Assembly (NCBI GenBank): GCA_025928935.1
Contig: JAICNB010000007.1
Location: forward strand, 2,870-66,869
Length of the DNA stretch: 64,000 nucleotides
Source of the DNA: Acidimicrobiia bacterium
GTDB lineage: Bacteria; Actinomycetota; Acidimicrobiia; Spongiisociales; ZC4RG35
Direction of reading: 5' to 3'
Shown: positions 18,573-26,681 of the stretch, one piece after another
Position numbering within the stretch: the first letter of the stretch is position 1
Layout of the letters: each line of letters begins with the position of its first letter
Notes under the pieces: generated by a model
Told to the model about the DNA's origin: nothing
The model's database searches: none
The model's input: the letters and a program-made list of their open reading frames with translations, nothing else
Made by a program: the position numbers and the translations under genes

Positions 18573-19769
18573 TCACCAGTCCAGGGTGGGGAGAGGCATG
18601 CCGAAATCGCGCGACTCGTAGGCGAAGCAGGCAACGGTGTGAGAAGAACCCACCGATAGCGTGTCGGGGTCCATGCTGCGGCAGATGTCGACCGCATACG
18701 GGCATCGGGTGTGGAAGTGGCACGACGGCGGCGGCTCGATCAGCTCGGGGACGTTGCCGTGGATTGCCGCCAGCTGACCGCGTCGGTGTGTGGCAGAGGG
18801 CACCGCCGCCATCAGGCCCCTGGTGTAGGGGTGCCTCGGGTTGGCGAAGACCTCCTGGGTGGTGCCGGTCTCCACGATCCGTCCCGCATACATGACGGCC
18901 ACCCGATCGCAGATCTCCTTGACCAGGGAAAGGTCGTGGCTGATGTAGAGGACAGACGTCTCGAGGCGGGCCTGCAGCTCGGCGATGAGCTCGAGGATGC
19001 GTGCCTGGATGGTGACGTCGAGCGCCGTAGTCGGCTCATCGGCGATGAGGAGGTCGGGATTGCAGGCGAGCGCCTGTGCAATCAGGACTCGCTGCTTCAT
19101 GCCACCAGAGAGCTCGTGCGGATAGCTGTCCATGATCTTGCGGGGGTTGGCGATCTGGGTCTCGCTCAGGGCCTGCGCGACTAGTTCGTCCACGATCGAC
19201 CTCAACTGGGCCGCTTTCGACCGAAACGGGGGGAACCTGAGAAACAGACGCTCGAGACTGGTCGTCCGCTGCTTTGCAGCCCGTCGGACGATGCGTGGCA
19301 CGTGTGGCCCCAATGCGTCCAGGATCTCCTCGGACCGGTGCTGGTAGAAGACCTCGGCGACCTGACTCCGAATCGACAGGGCCGGGTTGAGCGCCTTGCC
19401 TGGGTCCTGGAAGATCATCGCGATCCGGTCGCCCCGGATCCTCAGCATGTCCTTGTCCGAGATCTCGAGGAGGTCGATGGGGCCCTCTTTGGCCTGACGG
19501 GCCTCGTTCGACCAGAAGTCGATCTGACCGCCGGCGTAGATCCCCGGCGGGCTGGGGACGAGCCTGATGAACGAGCGAGCCGTCACGCTCTTTCCGCAGC
19601 CCGTCTCACCGACCAGTCCCAGGGTCTCGCCGTCCCGTATCTCCAAGGTGATGCCATCCACCGCGTGGACCACACCGGCCTTCGTCTCGAAGTGGACCCG
19701 AAGGTCTCGGACCGATGCCACCAGGGGACGGGTCGCCTGCTCCTGAGTCGTGCTCACACTGAGGGTCAT
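18573..19769 (-). CDS. ABC transporter ATP-binding protein (DppD/OppD-like)
   Basis: Walker A GETGCGKS, signature LSGGMKQR, C-terminal [15 protein letters not shown]...HTVAC. Confidence 0.9.
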   Translation of the reverse strand: MTLSVSTTQEQATRPLVASVRDLRVHFETKAGVVHAVDGITLEIRDGETLGLVGETGCGKSVTARSFIRLVPSPPGIYAGGQIDFWSNEARQAKEGPIDLLEISDKDMLRIRGDRIAMIFQDPGKALNPALSIRSQVAEVFYQHRSEEILDALGPHVPRIVRRAAKQRTTSLERLFLRFPPFRSKAAQLRSIVDELVAQALSETQIANPRKIMDSYPHELSGGMKQRVLIAQALACNPDLLIADEPTTALDVTIQARILELIAELQARLETSVLYISHDLSLVKEICDRVAVMYAGRIVETGTTQEVFANPRHPYTRGLMAAVPSATHRRGQLAAIHGNVPELIEPPPSCHFHTRCPYAVDICRSMDPDTLSVGSSHTVACFAYESRDFGMPLPTLDW

Positions 19770-19881
19770 CGAGCTCGCCCATGGTCGACCCCGATCCCAA
19801 CCCGAACGAAACGGATCCTGGTCACGTTGACCAGTATGTCACGCTCCCGCCGCCCGTCATCGTCTGCTCCTCCGCTAGTTC

Positions 19882-19893
19882 GCAATCGTTTGC
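19882..19893. promoter_or_regulatory. candidate LacI-family operator (GCAATCGTTTGC, best copy)
   Basis: A 12-bp near-palindrome 113 nt upstream of the dppD-like start codon. Confidence 0.5.
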
Positions 19894-19977
19894 TGGGCTG
19901 GTATTGCACGATATATGACCACCCCGTGTCACGCAACCAAGGGTGAACGGGTGGCAACGCCCGGTCCATTCGTGGAG

Positions 19978-20889
19978 TCAACCTTTGAGATGCCGATCCA
20001 GGTACTCGATGATGCCGTCGATCGCCGCCGTCTGGACCTCGTCTACCACGTAGGCGCCATCGGGGCCCCTTTCGGGATAGATGTAGCCATGTACCGGATG
20101 GTCCCACGAGACCCACTCCACGTCCTTCCCCTCTTCGGCCAGCAGGTCGTACGTGGTGCGGAATATCCCCTGGAGATGATCCTCCTCCCGACCCATGACC
20201 AGGATCGGGGTGTTGATGGTGGAGATCCGCTCCCTCGCCTTGGTCTCGTCGATTCGAGATCTCACCTTTTCGATCTCCGTCATCTGCATCTCCTCGATGT
20301 TGCGCAGACCCGTCTCGGGATCGACGAAGGCAGTGTTATCGGGGGTGAGCGAGAGGAACTCATGTGAGGCGGGCTCGGATGCGACTGCCACCGCCACACC
20401 GTCGTAGTCGGAGGTGAGCTTCAGCACCATCTCCCCGCCGTGGCTCATCCCGATCAGCGCCACCCGATCGGGGTCGATCTCGGGCCTGGTCCTGAGGAAC
20501 TCGACCACGGCGATCTCGTCCTCGTACTCGAGAGGGGAGCGATTGAAGAGCTCACGACCCTGACGCCCACCCCGGATCAGCGGCCCGCCGAGCTCATATC
20601 CCAACTCGACCTCGGTCCGATACCGGAGCCAGGCGCAGGCATACCCCGCCTCCAGGAGCCGTTCCATGATGTAGCCCTTCTCGGCCACGGCCTGGCGGAC
20701 CCAGGGCATCCCACCGCCGCCGTTACCAGATGCGAGCAGGACCACCGGATGGGGTCCCTCCCCTGAGGGGATCCGCAGCCCGATCGGGGTGTACAGACCG
20801 TCCCACGTCTCGACATACATGAGCTGGACAGGCACGTCGGACCCGGGTACGGGCTCGGTGATCGTCGTCTGTTCCACATCGAGAGTCAT
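19978..20889 (-). CDS. alpha/beta hydrolase (dienelactone hydrolase / S9 peptidase-like)
   Basis: Start moved to ATG 20889 (MTLDVEQ...), which has AAGGAG 6 nt upstream. Motifs are GMSHGGE (GxSxG), a later EEDH, and DHPVHG. Confidence 0.75.
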   Translation of the reverse strand: MTLDVEQTTITEPVPGSDVPVQLMYVETWDGLYTPIGLRIPSGEGPHPVVLLASGNGGGGMPWVRQAVAEKGYIMERLLEAGYACAWLRYRTEVELGYELGGPLIRGGRQGRELFNRSPLEYEDEIAVVEFLRTRPEIDPDRVALIGMSHGGEMVLKLTSDYDGVAVAVASEPASHEFLSLTPDNTAFVDPETGLRNIEEMQMTEIEKVRSRIDETKARERISTINTPILVMGREEDHLQGIFRTTYDLLAEEGKDVEWVSWDHPVHGYIYPERGPDGAYVVDEVQTAAIDGIIEYLDRHLKG

Positions 20890-20937
20890 GTCGTCTCCTT
20901 CGTCGACCGCTGGGGCGACCATAACCCCCCGGCTGGC

Positions 20938-21768
20938 ATGCTTGTTACCGATGTGCGAGCCCGAATCGAAAGGGTGCTGACATCACTGGCCTGGGTGGTC
21001 GGGGCATTGGTGTTGCTCACCGCAGGGCTTTGGCTCGCCCAACGCCAGATCGTCTATTTGCCCGACCGCGAAGTGCCGACGGCTCCAAGCGACGTGCCGG
21101 TCAGGACGGCGGAGACCGCGGACGGGCTCGTTCATCGGGTCTGGCTGGTGCCGGCGGTGGGCGAGTCGGTGGCCAGGGTGTTGGTGTTCAACGGGAACGC
21201 CGGCAACAAGGCTCACCGTCTCCCGCTGGCGCGCAGCCTGGCGGTGGAGGGCATGGAGGTGGTTCTGTTCGACTACCGGGGCTACGGGGGCACCGCAGGC
21301 AGCCCCACGGAGGAGGGCCTCGTCACCGATGCGGAAGCCCTGGCCGAGGTCGTCTTCGATTCCCCGCTCCCGGTCGTGTTCTTCGGCGAGTCGCTGGGCG
21401 GAGGCGTGGCCACCGGGCTGGCGACCCGGCTCCCACCCGATGCGCTCGTCCTTCGCTCGCCCTTCACCTCCCTCGGCGACATGGCCCGGGCCCATTACCC
21501 GCTGGTCCCGTCGTTCCTGCTCAAGGATCGCTACCCCGTCGAGGACCAGGTCGCCGCCATCGAGGTACCGCTCCTGGTCGTGCTGGGGGGCCGCGACTCG
21601 ATCGTCCCGCCCTCACTGAGTCGGCGAGTGTTCGAGGCGGCCCCTGGGCCCAAGGAGTTGGTGGAGATGGAGGGGATGGACCACAACGATCCAGGGTTGT
21701 CCTCTGGTGTGCAGTTGGCCGCGACGGTGAGAGGGTTCCTGGAGCGGGCCGGTCTCGTCAGCCCTTGA
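20938..21768 (+). CDS. alpha/beta fold hydrolase with N-terminal membrane anchor
   Basis: 276 aa. Hydrophobic N-terminus, nucleophile elbow GESLGGG, then GGRDSIV and MDHND. Confidence 0.8.
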   Translation: MLVTDVRARIERVLTSLAWVVGALVLLTAGLWLAQRQIVYLPDREVPTAPSDVPVRTAETADGLVHRVWLVPAVGESVARVLVFNGNAGNKAHRLPLARSLAVEGMEVVLFDYRGYGGTAGSPTEEGLVTDAEALAEVVFDSPLPVVFFGESLGGGVATGLATRLPPDALVLRSPFTSLGDMARAHYPLVPSFLLKDRYPVEDQVAAIEVPLLVVLGGRDSIVPPSLSRRVFEAAPGPKELVEMEGMDHNDPGLSSGVQLAATVRGFLERAGLVSP

Positions 21769-22654
21769 CCGCACCCATGGTGAAGCCACTGATGAAGCGG
21801 TCGAGGAAGGCGTTGAAGAGAAGGGCGATCGGAACGGCGATCATGATCACAGCCCCCTGGAGCGACTGCCAGAAGAACACATCGCCCCGCACCAGCTCGG
21901 TGGGCACACCGGTTGCGATGGTCTTGACCGCCGACGATTTGTTGAAGGCGAGGGCATAGATGAACTCGTGGGAGGACAGGGTGAAGGCGAACACCACAAC
22001 TGCGATGATCCCGGGAAACATCAAGGGGAGCACTACGCGGGCGATCGCCCCCATCCGGCTGTGGCCGTCGACCATCGCCTGCTCCTCGATGTCCATCGGG
22101 ATGCCTTTGAAGAACCCCATCAACAGCCACGACGAGATCGGGATGGTGATGGTGGGATAGACGAGGATCAGGGAGAGCAGCGATTCCTGGAGACCGAGGC
22201 TGGTGATGACCCGGGTCATCGGGATGAAGAGCAGTGTTGGCGGGATCAGGTAGACGAGGAAGATGGCGATCCCCATCCGCTCTCCCCAGCGCAGCCGGAG
22301 ACGGGCCAGGGCATAGGCGGCGGGCAGTGAGATGGCGAGGGTGATGGCGGTCACAGCCAGCCCCACCAACACCGTGTTCCTTATGAAGGTGAGGTAGTTG
22401 GTCTCGAGGAAGAGAAGACGAAGGTGCTCGAGGGTCGGGGCCTCGTTGAACCAGAACGGGTTGTTCTCCTTGACGTAGAGGTCGTTGGACTGCTTGAACA
22501 TGCTGATCAGGGCCCAGCTGAAGGGGAAAGCGGCCAGGAAGGCGAAGAGGGTCGCCCCGGAATAGAGCCCGATCCTGCCCCAACGATGTCGCCGGTCGGC
22601 CTGCCGCTGCAGGGCGCCGACGTCGGTCTCGGCCCAAGTGGTGGTGTCCGTCAC
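21758..22654 (-). CDS. carbohydrate ABC transporter permease (MalG-like)
   Basis: 298 aa with 6 TM segments. The EAA-type loop is EEQAMVDGHSRMGAIARVVLP. Confidence 0.9.
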   Translation of the reverse strand: MTDTTTWAETDVGALQRQADRRHRWGRIGLYSGATLFAFLAAFPFSWALISMFKQSNDLYVKENNPFWFNEAPTLEHLRLLFLETNYLTFIRNTVLVGLAVTAITLAISLPAAYALARLRLRWGERMGIAIFLVYLIPPTLLFIPMTRVITSLGLQESLLSLILVYPTITIPISSWLLMGFFKGIPMDIEEQAMVDGHSRMGAIARVVLPLMFPGIIAVVVFAFTLSSHEFIYALAFNKSSAVKTIATGVPTELVRGDVFFWQSLQGAVIMIAVPIALLFNAFLDRFISGFTMGAVKG

Positions 22655-22719
22655 CTCACAACACCTCCACTTCTGGGGGGCGACCCGGGTCGAGCGTGAT
22701 TCGCGCTGCCGCTCTCACC

Positions 22720-23628
22720 TCACAAGACCTCGCGGCGTCGGGCGAGACGAAGCACCACCGCGGTGATCCCGATCAGCACCGGCAGGAGGAAGAGCGCCAC
22801 GGCCGCTCCCTGGGCCAGGGCACCGCCTTCGATCCCCTTGATGAAGGCCCAGGTGGACAGGACCTGTGTCGAGTTGGTGGGGCCGCCCCGGGTCAGCACG
22901 TAGACCACGCTCATGTCGGAGATGGTGAGGATCACGCCGAACAAGACGGCCACCGCGATGATCGGTGCGAGCAGGGGGATGGTGACCTGGAACATCTTCC
23001 GCCAGAACCCCGCCCCGTCGACGGCGACCGCGTCGTTTATGTCCTTGGGGATGGCAATGAGACCGGCCAGGACGATCACGGCCGCGAGAGGAACGATCCG
23101 CCAGGCCTGAACGGCGATCACCGAAGTCATGGCCGTGCCGGGCCGGCCCAGCCAGTACACGTTCTCTGTGATCACCCCTACCTGGCGGAGTACCCAGTCG
23201 ATGGGCGAGAAGATCGAGTCCAGGGTCCAGAGCCAGGTGATCGTGGCCAGTGATACCGGGGCCACCCAGGGGAGGAGCACGAGGAATCGCACCAGCCACT
23301 TGCCCTTGAAGTCCCGGATCAGGATCTCGGCCAGGGCGGTGGCCAGGATCACAACCAGCACATTGGCGAGCACGGCGAAGAGGAATGTGTTCCAGAGCGC
23401 ACCGCGGAACACGGGATCCGCCAGCACCCTGCGAAAGGTGGCCCATCCGACGAACTCCAGGTCGGGGTTGCCGGTGCTGATGTCGGTGAATGCGTAGATG
23501 ATGGCCAGCACGAAGGGGAACCCCACCAGGGCGATGATGTAGATGACGGCAGGTGACATGAACAGGCCGGCCAGGAACCGAGGATTGTCACCCAGGTAGC
23601 GGGGCGGCCGGGTCGTCGTCGAAGTCAT
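22720..23628 (-). CDS. sugar ABC transporter permease (MalF/UgpA-like)
   Basis: 302 aa. The loop is PKDINDAVAVDGAGFWRKMFQVTIP. Confidence 0.9.
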   Translation of the reverse strand: MTSTTTRPPRYLGDNPRFLAGLFMSPAVIYIIALVGFPFVLAIIYAFTDISTGNPDLEFVGWATFRRVLADPVFRGALWNTFLFAVLANVLVVILATALAEILIRDFKGKWLVRFLVLLPWVAPVSLATITWLWTLDSIFSPIDWVLRQVGVITENVYWLGRPGTAMTSVIAVQAWRIVPLAAVIVLAGLIAIPKDINDAVAVDGAGFWRKMFQVTIPLLAPIIAVAVLFGVILTISDMSVVYVLTRGGPTNSTQVLSTWAFIKGIEGGALAQGAAVALFLLPVLIGITAVVLRLARRREVL

Positions 23629-23637
23629 CTCACAGCT

Positions 23638-24672
23638 TCATCTCATCAGGGGCTGCGGGGCGATCTTGACGCCGTCGTCGTAATCGAAGAACCGGAGCTG
23701 GTCCTTCGCCACCGAGAACTTGTGATCCTGGTCTATCGAGATGGGAAGTGTCACCGTGGCGGGGAGCATGGCGATGACCCGGGTCTCGTCGTACTCCCGG
23801 ATGAATCCGTAGAGGAATCGCTCCGAGCCGAGGTACTCGATCCGGTTGACGTGGAAGGTGAAGGGGACCCGGGTGCCCTCGTCGGCGGCCACTCCCTCGG
23901 GGAGGAACTGCTCGGGCCGGAAACCGAACAGAAAACCGGCAGTCTCGAGCAAGTTCATCGGCGGCGACCCGAGGAATTGGGCGACGAACACGTCAGCCGG
24001 GTGGTGATACACCTCCTCCGGGGTGCCCAGCTGGCGGATCTTCCCGTGATCCATGACCGCGATCCGGTCCCCCATGCCCATCGCCTCGACCTGGTCATGG
24101 GTGACGTAGATCGTCGTGATCCCGATCCGGCGCTGGAACTCCATCAGGTCGTCCCGAGCCGCGGCGCGCAGCTTGGCGTCCAGGTTCGACAACGGCTCGT
24201 CGAGGAGGAAGACCGTCGGTTCCCTCACCAGCGCCCTGGCCAGGGCCACCCTCTGCCGCTCGCCTCCCGAGAGCTGGCGGGGGCGCCGCTGCAGGAGACG
24301 CTCGATGCCGAACAGGCCGGCGGCCCACTCGACCTTCTGGTTCCTCTCCTCGGAGTCCATCCCCTGAGCCTTGAGGGGGAAGGCGATGTTGTTGGCCACG
24401 GTCATATGTGGATACAGGGCGTAAGACTGGAACACCATCGCGATACGGCGGGCACGAGGCGGCAGCCGGCTCACGTCCTCGTCGCCGATCCGGATCTCCC
24501 CCTCGGTGGGCTGCTCCAGCCCGGCGATCATCCGGAGCAGGGTGGTCTTGCCGCATCCGGAGGGGCCGAGGAGGACCAGGAACTCGCCCTCCTCGGAGCG
24601 AAGGTCGACACCGTCGACGGCGACGACGTCCCCGAACTCCTTCCGCAGGTCGCGGACCTCTACTACCGCCAC
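23638..24672 (-). CDS. ABC transporter ATP-binding protein (MalK/UgpC-like)
   Basis: Walker A GPSGCGKTT, signature LSGGERQRV, plus a C-terminal TOBE-like regulatory domain. Confidence 0.9.
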   Translation of the reverse strand: MAVVEVRDLRKEFGDVVAVDGVDLRSEEGEFLVLLGPSGCGKTTLLRMIAGLEQPTEGEIRIGDEDVSRLPPRARRIAMVFQSYALYPHMTVANNIAFPLKAQGMDSEERNQKVEWAAGLFGIERLLQRRPRQLSGGERQRVALARALVREPTVFLLDEPLSNLDAKLRAAARDDLMEFQRRIGITTIYVTHDQVEAMGMGDRIAVMDHGKIRQLGTPEEVYHHPADVFVAQFLGSPPMNLLETAGFLFGFRPEQFLPEGVAADEGTRVPFTFHVNRIEYLGSERFLYGFIREYDETRVIAMLPATVTLPISIDQDHKFSVAKDQLRFFDYDDGVKIAPQPLMR

Positions 24673-24688
24673 GATCGCCGAGTATGGG

Positions 24689-26143
24689 TCACCCGCCGCC
24701 GACCAGGCCCTGACCCCGCCAGTCGTCGAAGATGGCGTTGATCTGGGCCTCTGCGTCCTCCATTGCTTGCTGCGGGGTCTTGGCGCCCTGCGCCGCCTCG
24801 GCGAACATCACCGGGATGATCGACTCCCCGAAGATCTGACCTATTGCCGGGTTGGCCGGCCCGGGATGACCGATGTTTGTCGCCCAGTCCAGGGAGGTGT
24901 TGAGCACCTTCAGCTTGTCTGCCGGGTTGGAACCGAACGGGTCGCTATCGATCCACCCGGTCAGATCGGGAACCCGGTCCGGGAACGCCGGGAAGTCATA
25001 CAGCTTCGAGTTCCACGCCACCGGGGCGAGGTTCTCGGTGTAGTGCAACAGGAACTCCTTCGCCGCAGACACGTTGACGTCCGGCGCATCGGGGACGATC
25101 CAGTTGTACATCACGTGGGACGCCACGACCGCCGTCTCCGGGCCCGCCAGGGCTGGGGTGAAGTAGATGTCATCGGCGACCTCGAGACCCTCGTCCTGGG
25201 CCGTGCGATAGGCGGAGATCGAGTTGAGTATGTAGCTCAGCTCGCCCGAGTTGAGACCCTGGTTGTTGGAAGCCGCGTTCCACGCGAACACCTCTGGTGT
25301 CATCGCACCGGCGAACAACTCGTTCATGTACTCGATCGCCGCGATCGTGGCGTCGGAGTTGAGGATCACGTTCTCGTTCTCGTCCTGGATGCCGGCGCCG
25401 AACGACCAGAGCAGGCCACGCAACGCCATGTTGGAGTCGATCTCCTGTGACATCCCGATGCCGAGCTGGACCCCCTCGGATGCGAAGATCTCGGACCCGC
25501 CCTGGAGCAGGTCGTCATAGCTGGCGGGGCCATCGGGGAAACCGACTCCCTCCCACAACGACCTCCGGTAGTCGCCCGGATCGGGCACCCAGGATGGGGC
25601 GTAGGCGTAGTACTTCTCGGTGTTGGGGTTGAACGACGACCTCCGTGTCAGGTCGAGCATGGTGCCGTATCGGCTCTCCGCCTCTTGCACCACGTCGGCC
25701 ATGTCGACGACCGAAGGCTCGTGCTGGCTGAGGACCGCGATGTACTGCATCAGATCGTGCTCTGGCTGGCCCGATTGGATCTCGGAGGCGATCGCGGCGG
25801 GCACATCGGCGACTGCGATGTGGTCGACGGTCACATCGACGCCCACCATCTCGCCCCACTCCTGGGCGAAGGGATCGAACCAGGCGTCATGGGCCGGGAC
25901 GAAGTGGCTCCAGAGGAGGATCTTCAGCTCCCCGCTCAGCTGTTCGGCCGGCTCGACGAAGGACATCTCCGGCCCCCCTTCCACCGGGGCGGCAGTGGTG
26001 CCGGCGCCAGTGCCGGCGAGTGTCGTGGGGACCGTGGTGGTGGCGCTACTCCCGGTGCCACAGGCTGCGGCCAGAGCCGCCGCTCCACTCAAGTACAGGA
26101 ACTCTCGTCGGGTGACGAAGAACGGTGATTTGCGAGGTAACAA
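24689..26143 (-). CDS. extracellular solute-binding protein (family 1), Tat-type lipoprotein signal
   Basis: Twin-arginine motif TRREFLYLSG followed by lipobox LAAAC. The TTG at 26143 has GAGGAGGAG just upstream; the longest ORF starts at TTG 26161. Confidence 0.85.
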   Translation of the reverse strand: MLPRKSPFFVTRREFLYLSGAAALAAACGTGSSATTTVPTTLAGTGAGTTAAPVEGGPEMSFVEPAEQLSGELKILLWSHFVPAHDAWFDPFAQEWGEMVGVDVTVDHIAVADVPAAIASEIQSGQPEHDLMQYIAVLSQHEPSVVDMADVVQEAESRYGTMLDLTRRSSFNPNTEKYYAYAPSWVPDPGDYRRSLWEGVGFPDGPASYDDLLQGGSEIFASEGVQLGIGMSQEIDSNMALRGLLWSFGAGIQDENENVILNSDATIAAIEYMNELFAGAMTPEVFAWNAASNNQGLNSGELSYILNSISAYRTAQDEGLEVADDIYFTPALAGPETAVVASHVMYNWIVPDAPDVNVSAAKEFLLHYTENLAPVAWNSKLYDFPAFPDRVPDLTGWIDSDPFGSNPADKLKVLNTSLDWATNIGHPGPANPAIGQIFGESIIPVMFAEAAQGAKTPQQAMEDAEAQINAIFDDWRGQGLVGGG

Positions 26144-26250
26144 TGTCTCCTCCTCTCGCAATCACGATCCGGCCTCATCGCATGGCCGGATCGGCCAACT
26201 GCTGTGCGGCGAGGCCACCTTACCCTAGGCGAGAAGCGCTCAATCGGGAC

Positions 26251-26295
26251 AGCGTGTGCAATCGGACACGCTGTGCGTGCTCAACTGCACACGCT
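26251..26295. repeat. 45-nt palindromic intergenic element (AGCGTGTGCA...TGCACACGCT family), copy 1
   Basis: Perfect 10-bp terminal arms, plus a nested palindrome AGCGTGT-N8-ACACGCT. It lies 3 nt beyond the stop of the minus-strand RR gene. Confidence 0.7.
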
Positions 26296-26298
26296 TGA

Positions 26299-26667
26299 TC
26301 AGCTCGTGGGTGTGACCATGTTACCGACGGCCAGGCGAAGCTCGTGGTCGGTGAACGGCTTCACCACCCAGGCATCGGCGCCGGCCCGCCTGGCGAGGAA
26401 CCCGTCGACCTCACGGTCGAGCAGGATGACCAGTCGTGGCATCCCCTCGGGAGCGATGGAGGCCCTGATGTCACGGACCACCGCCATGCCACCCATGCTC
26501 CCCACCTGGAGGTCGACGATGACGACGTCGGGGTCGAGCTCCTCGACCCTGGCTGACGACTGAGCCGGGTCGTCGAGGATCTCGATCCGCCAATCACCAT
26601 GTGTGAGCGACGCCTGGATGTCGTTGACGATCCAGGTGGCATCGGCGATGAGGAGGGCGGACGGCAT
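26299..26667 (-). CDS. single-domain response regulator (CheY-like receiver only)
   Basis: 122 aa. It has the acceptor context VVIVDLQVGSMGG and the conserved Lys in WVVKPF. There is no output domain. Confidence 0.8.
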   Translation of the reverse strand: MPSALLIADATWIVNDIQASLTHGDWRIEILDDPAQSSARVEELDPDVVIVDLQVGSMGGMAVVRDIRASIAPEGMPRLVILLDREVDGFLARRAGADAWVVKPFTDHELRLAVGNMVTPTS

Positions 26668-26681
26668 CCGAGGCCAGAATA

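Noticed and set aside
21758-26161. The sugar ABC operon as part of the LacI island.
   Set aside because: I saw no copy of the 12-bp operator motif in its upstream gap (26162-26298). It is separated from the island by two hydrolase genes, so I treat it as an independent transporter.
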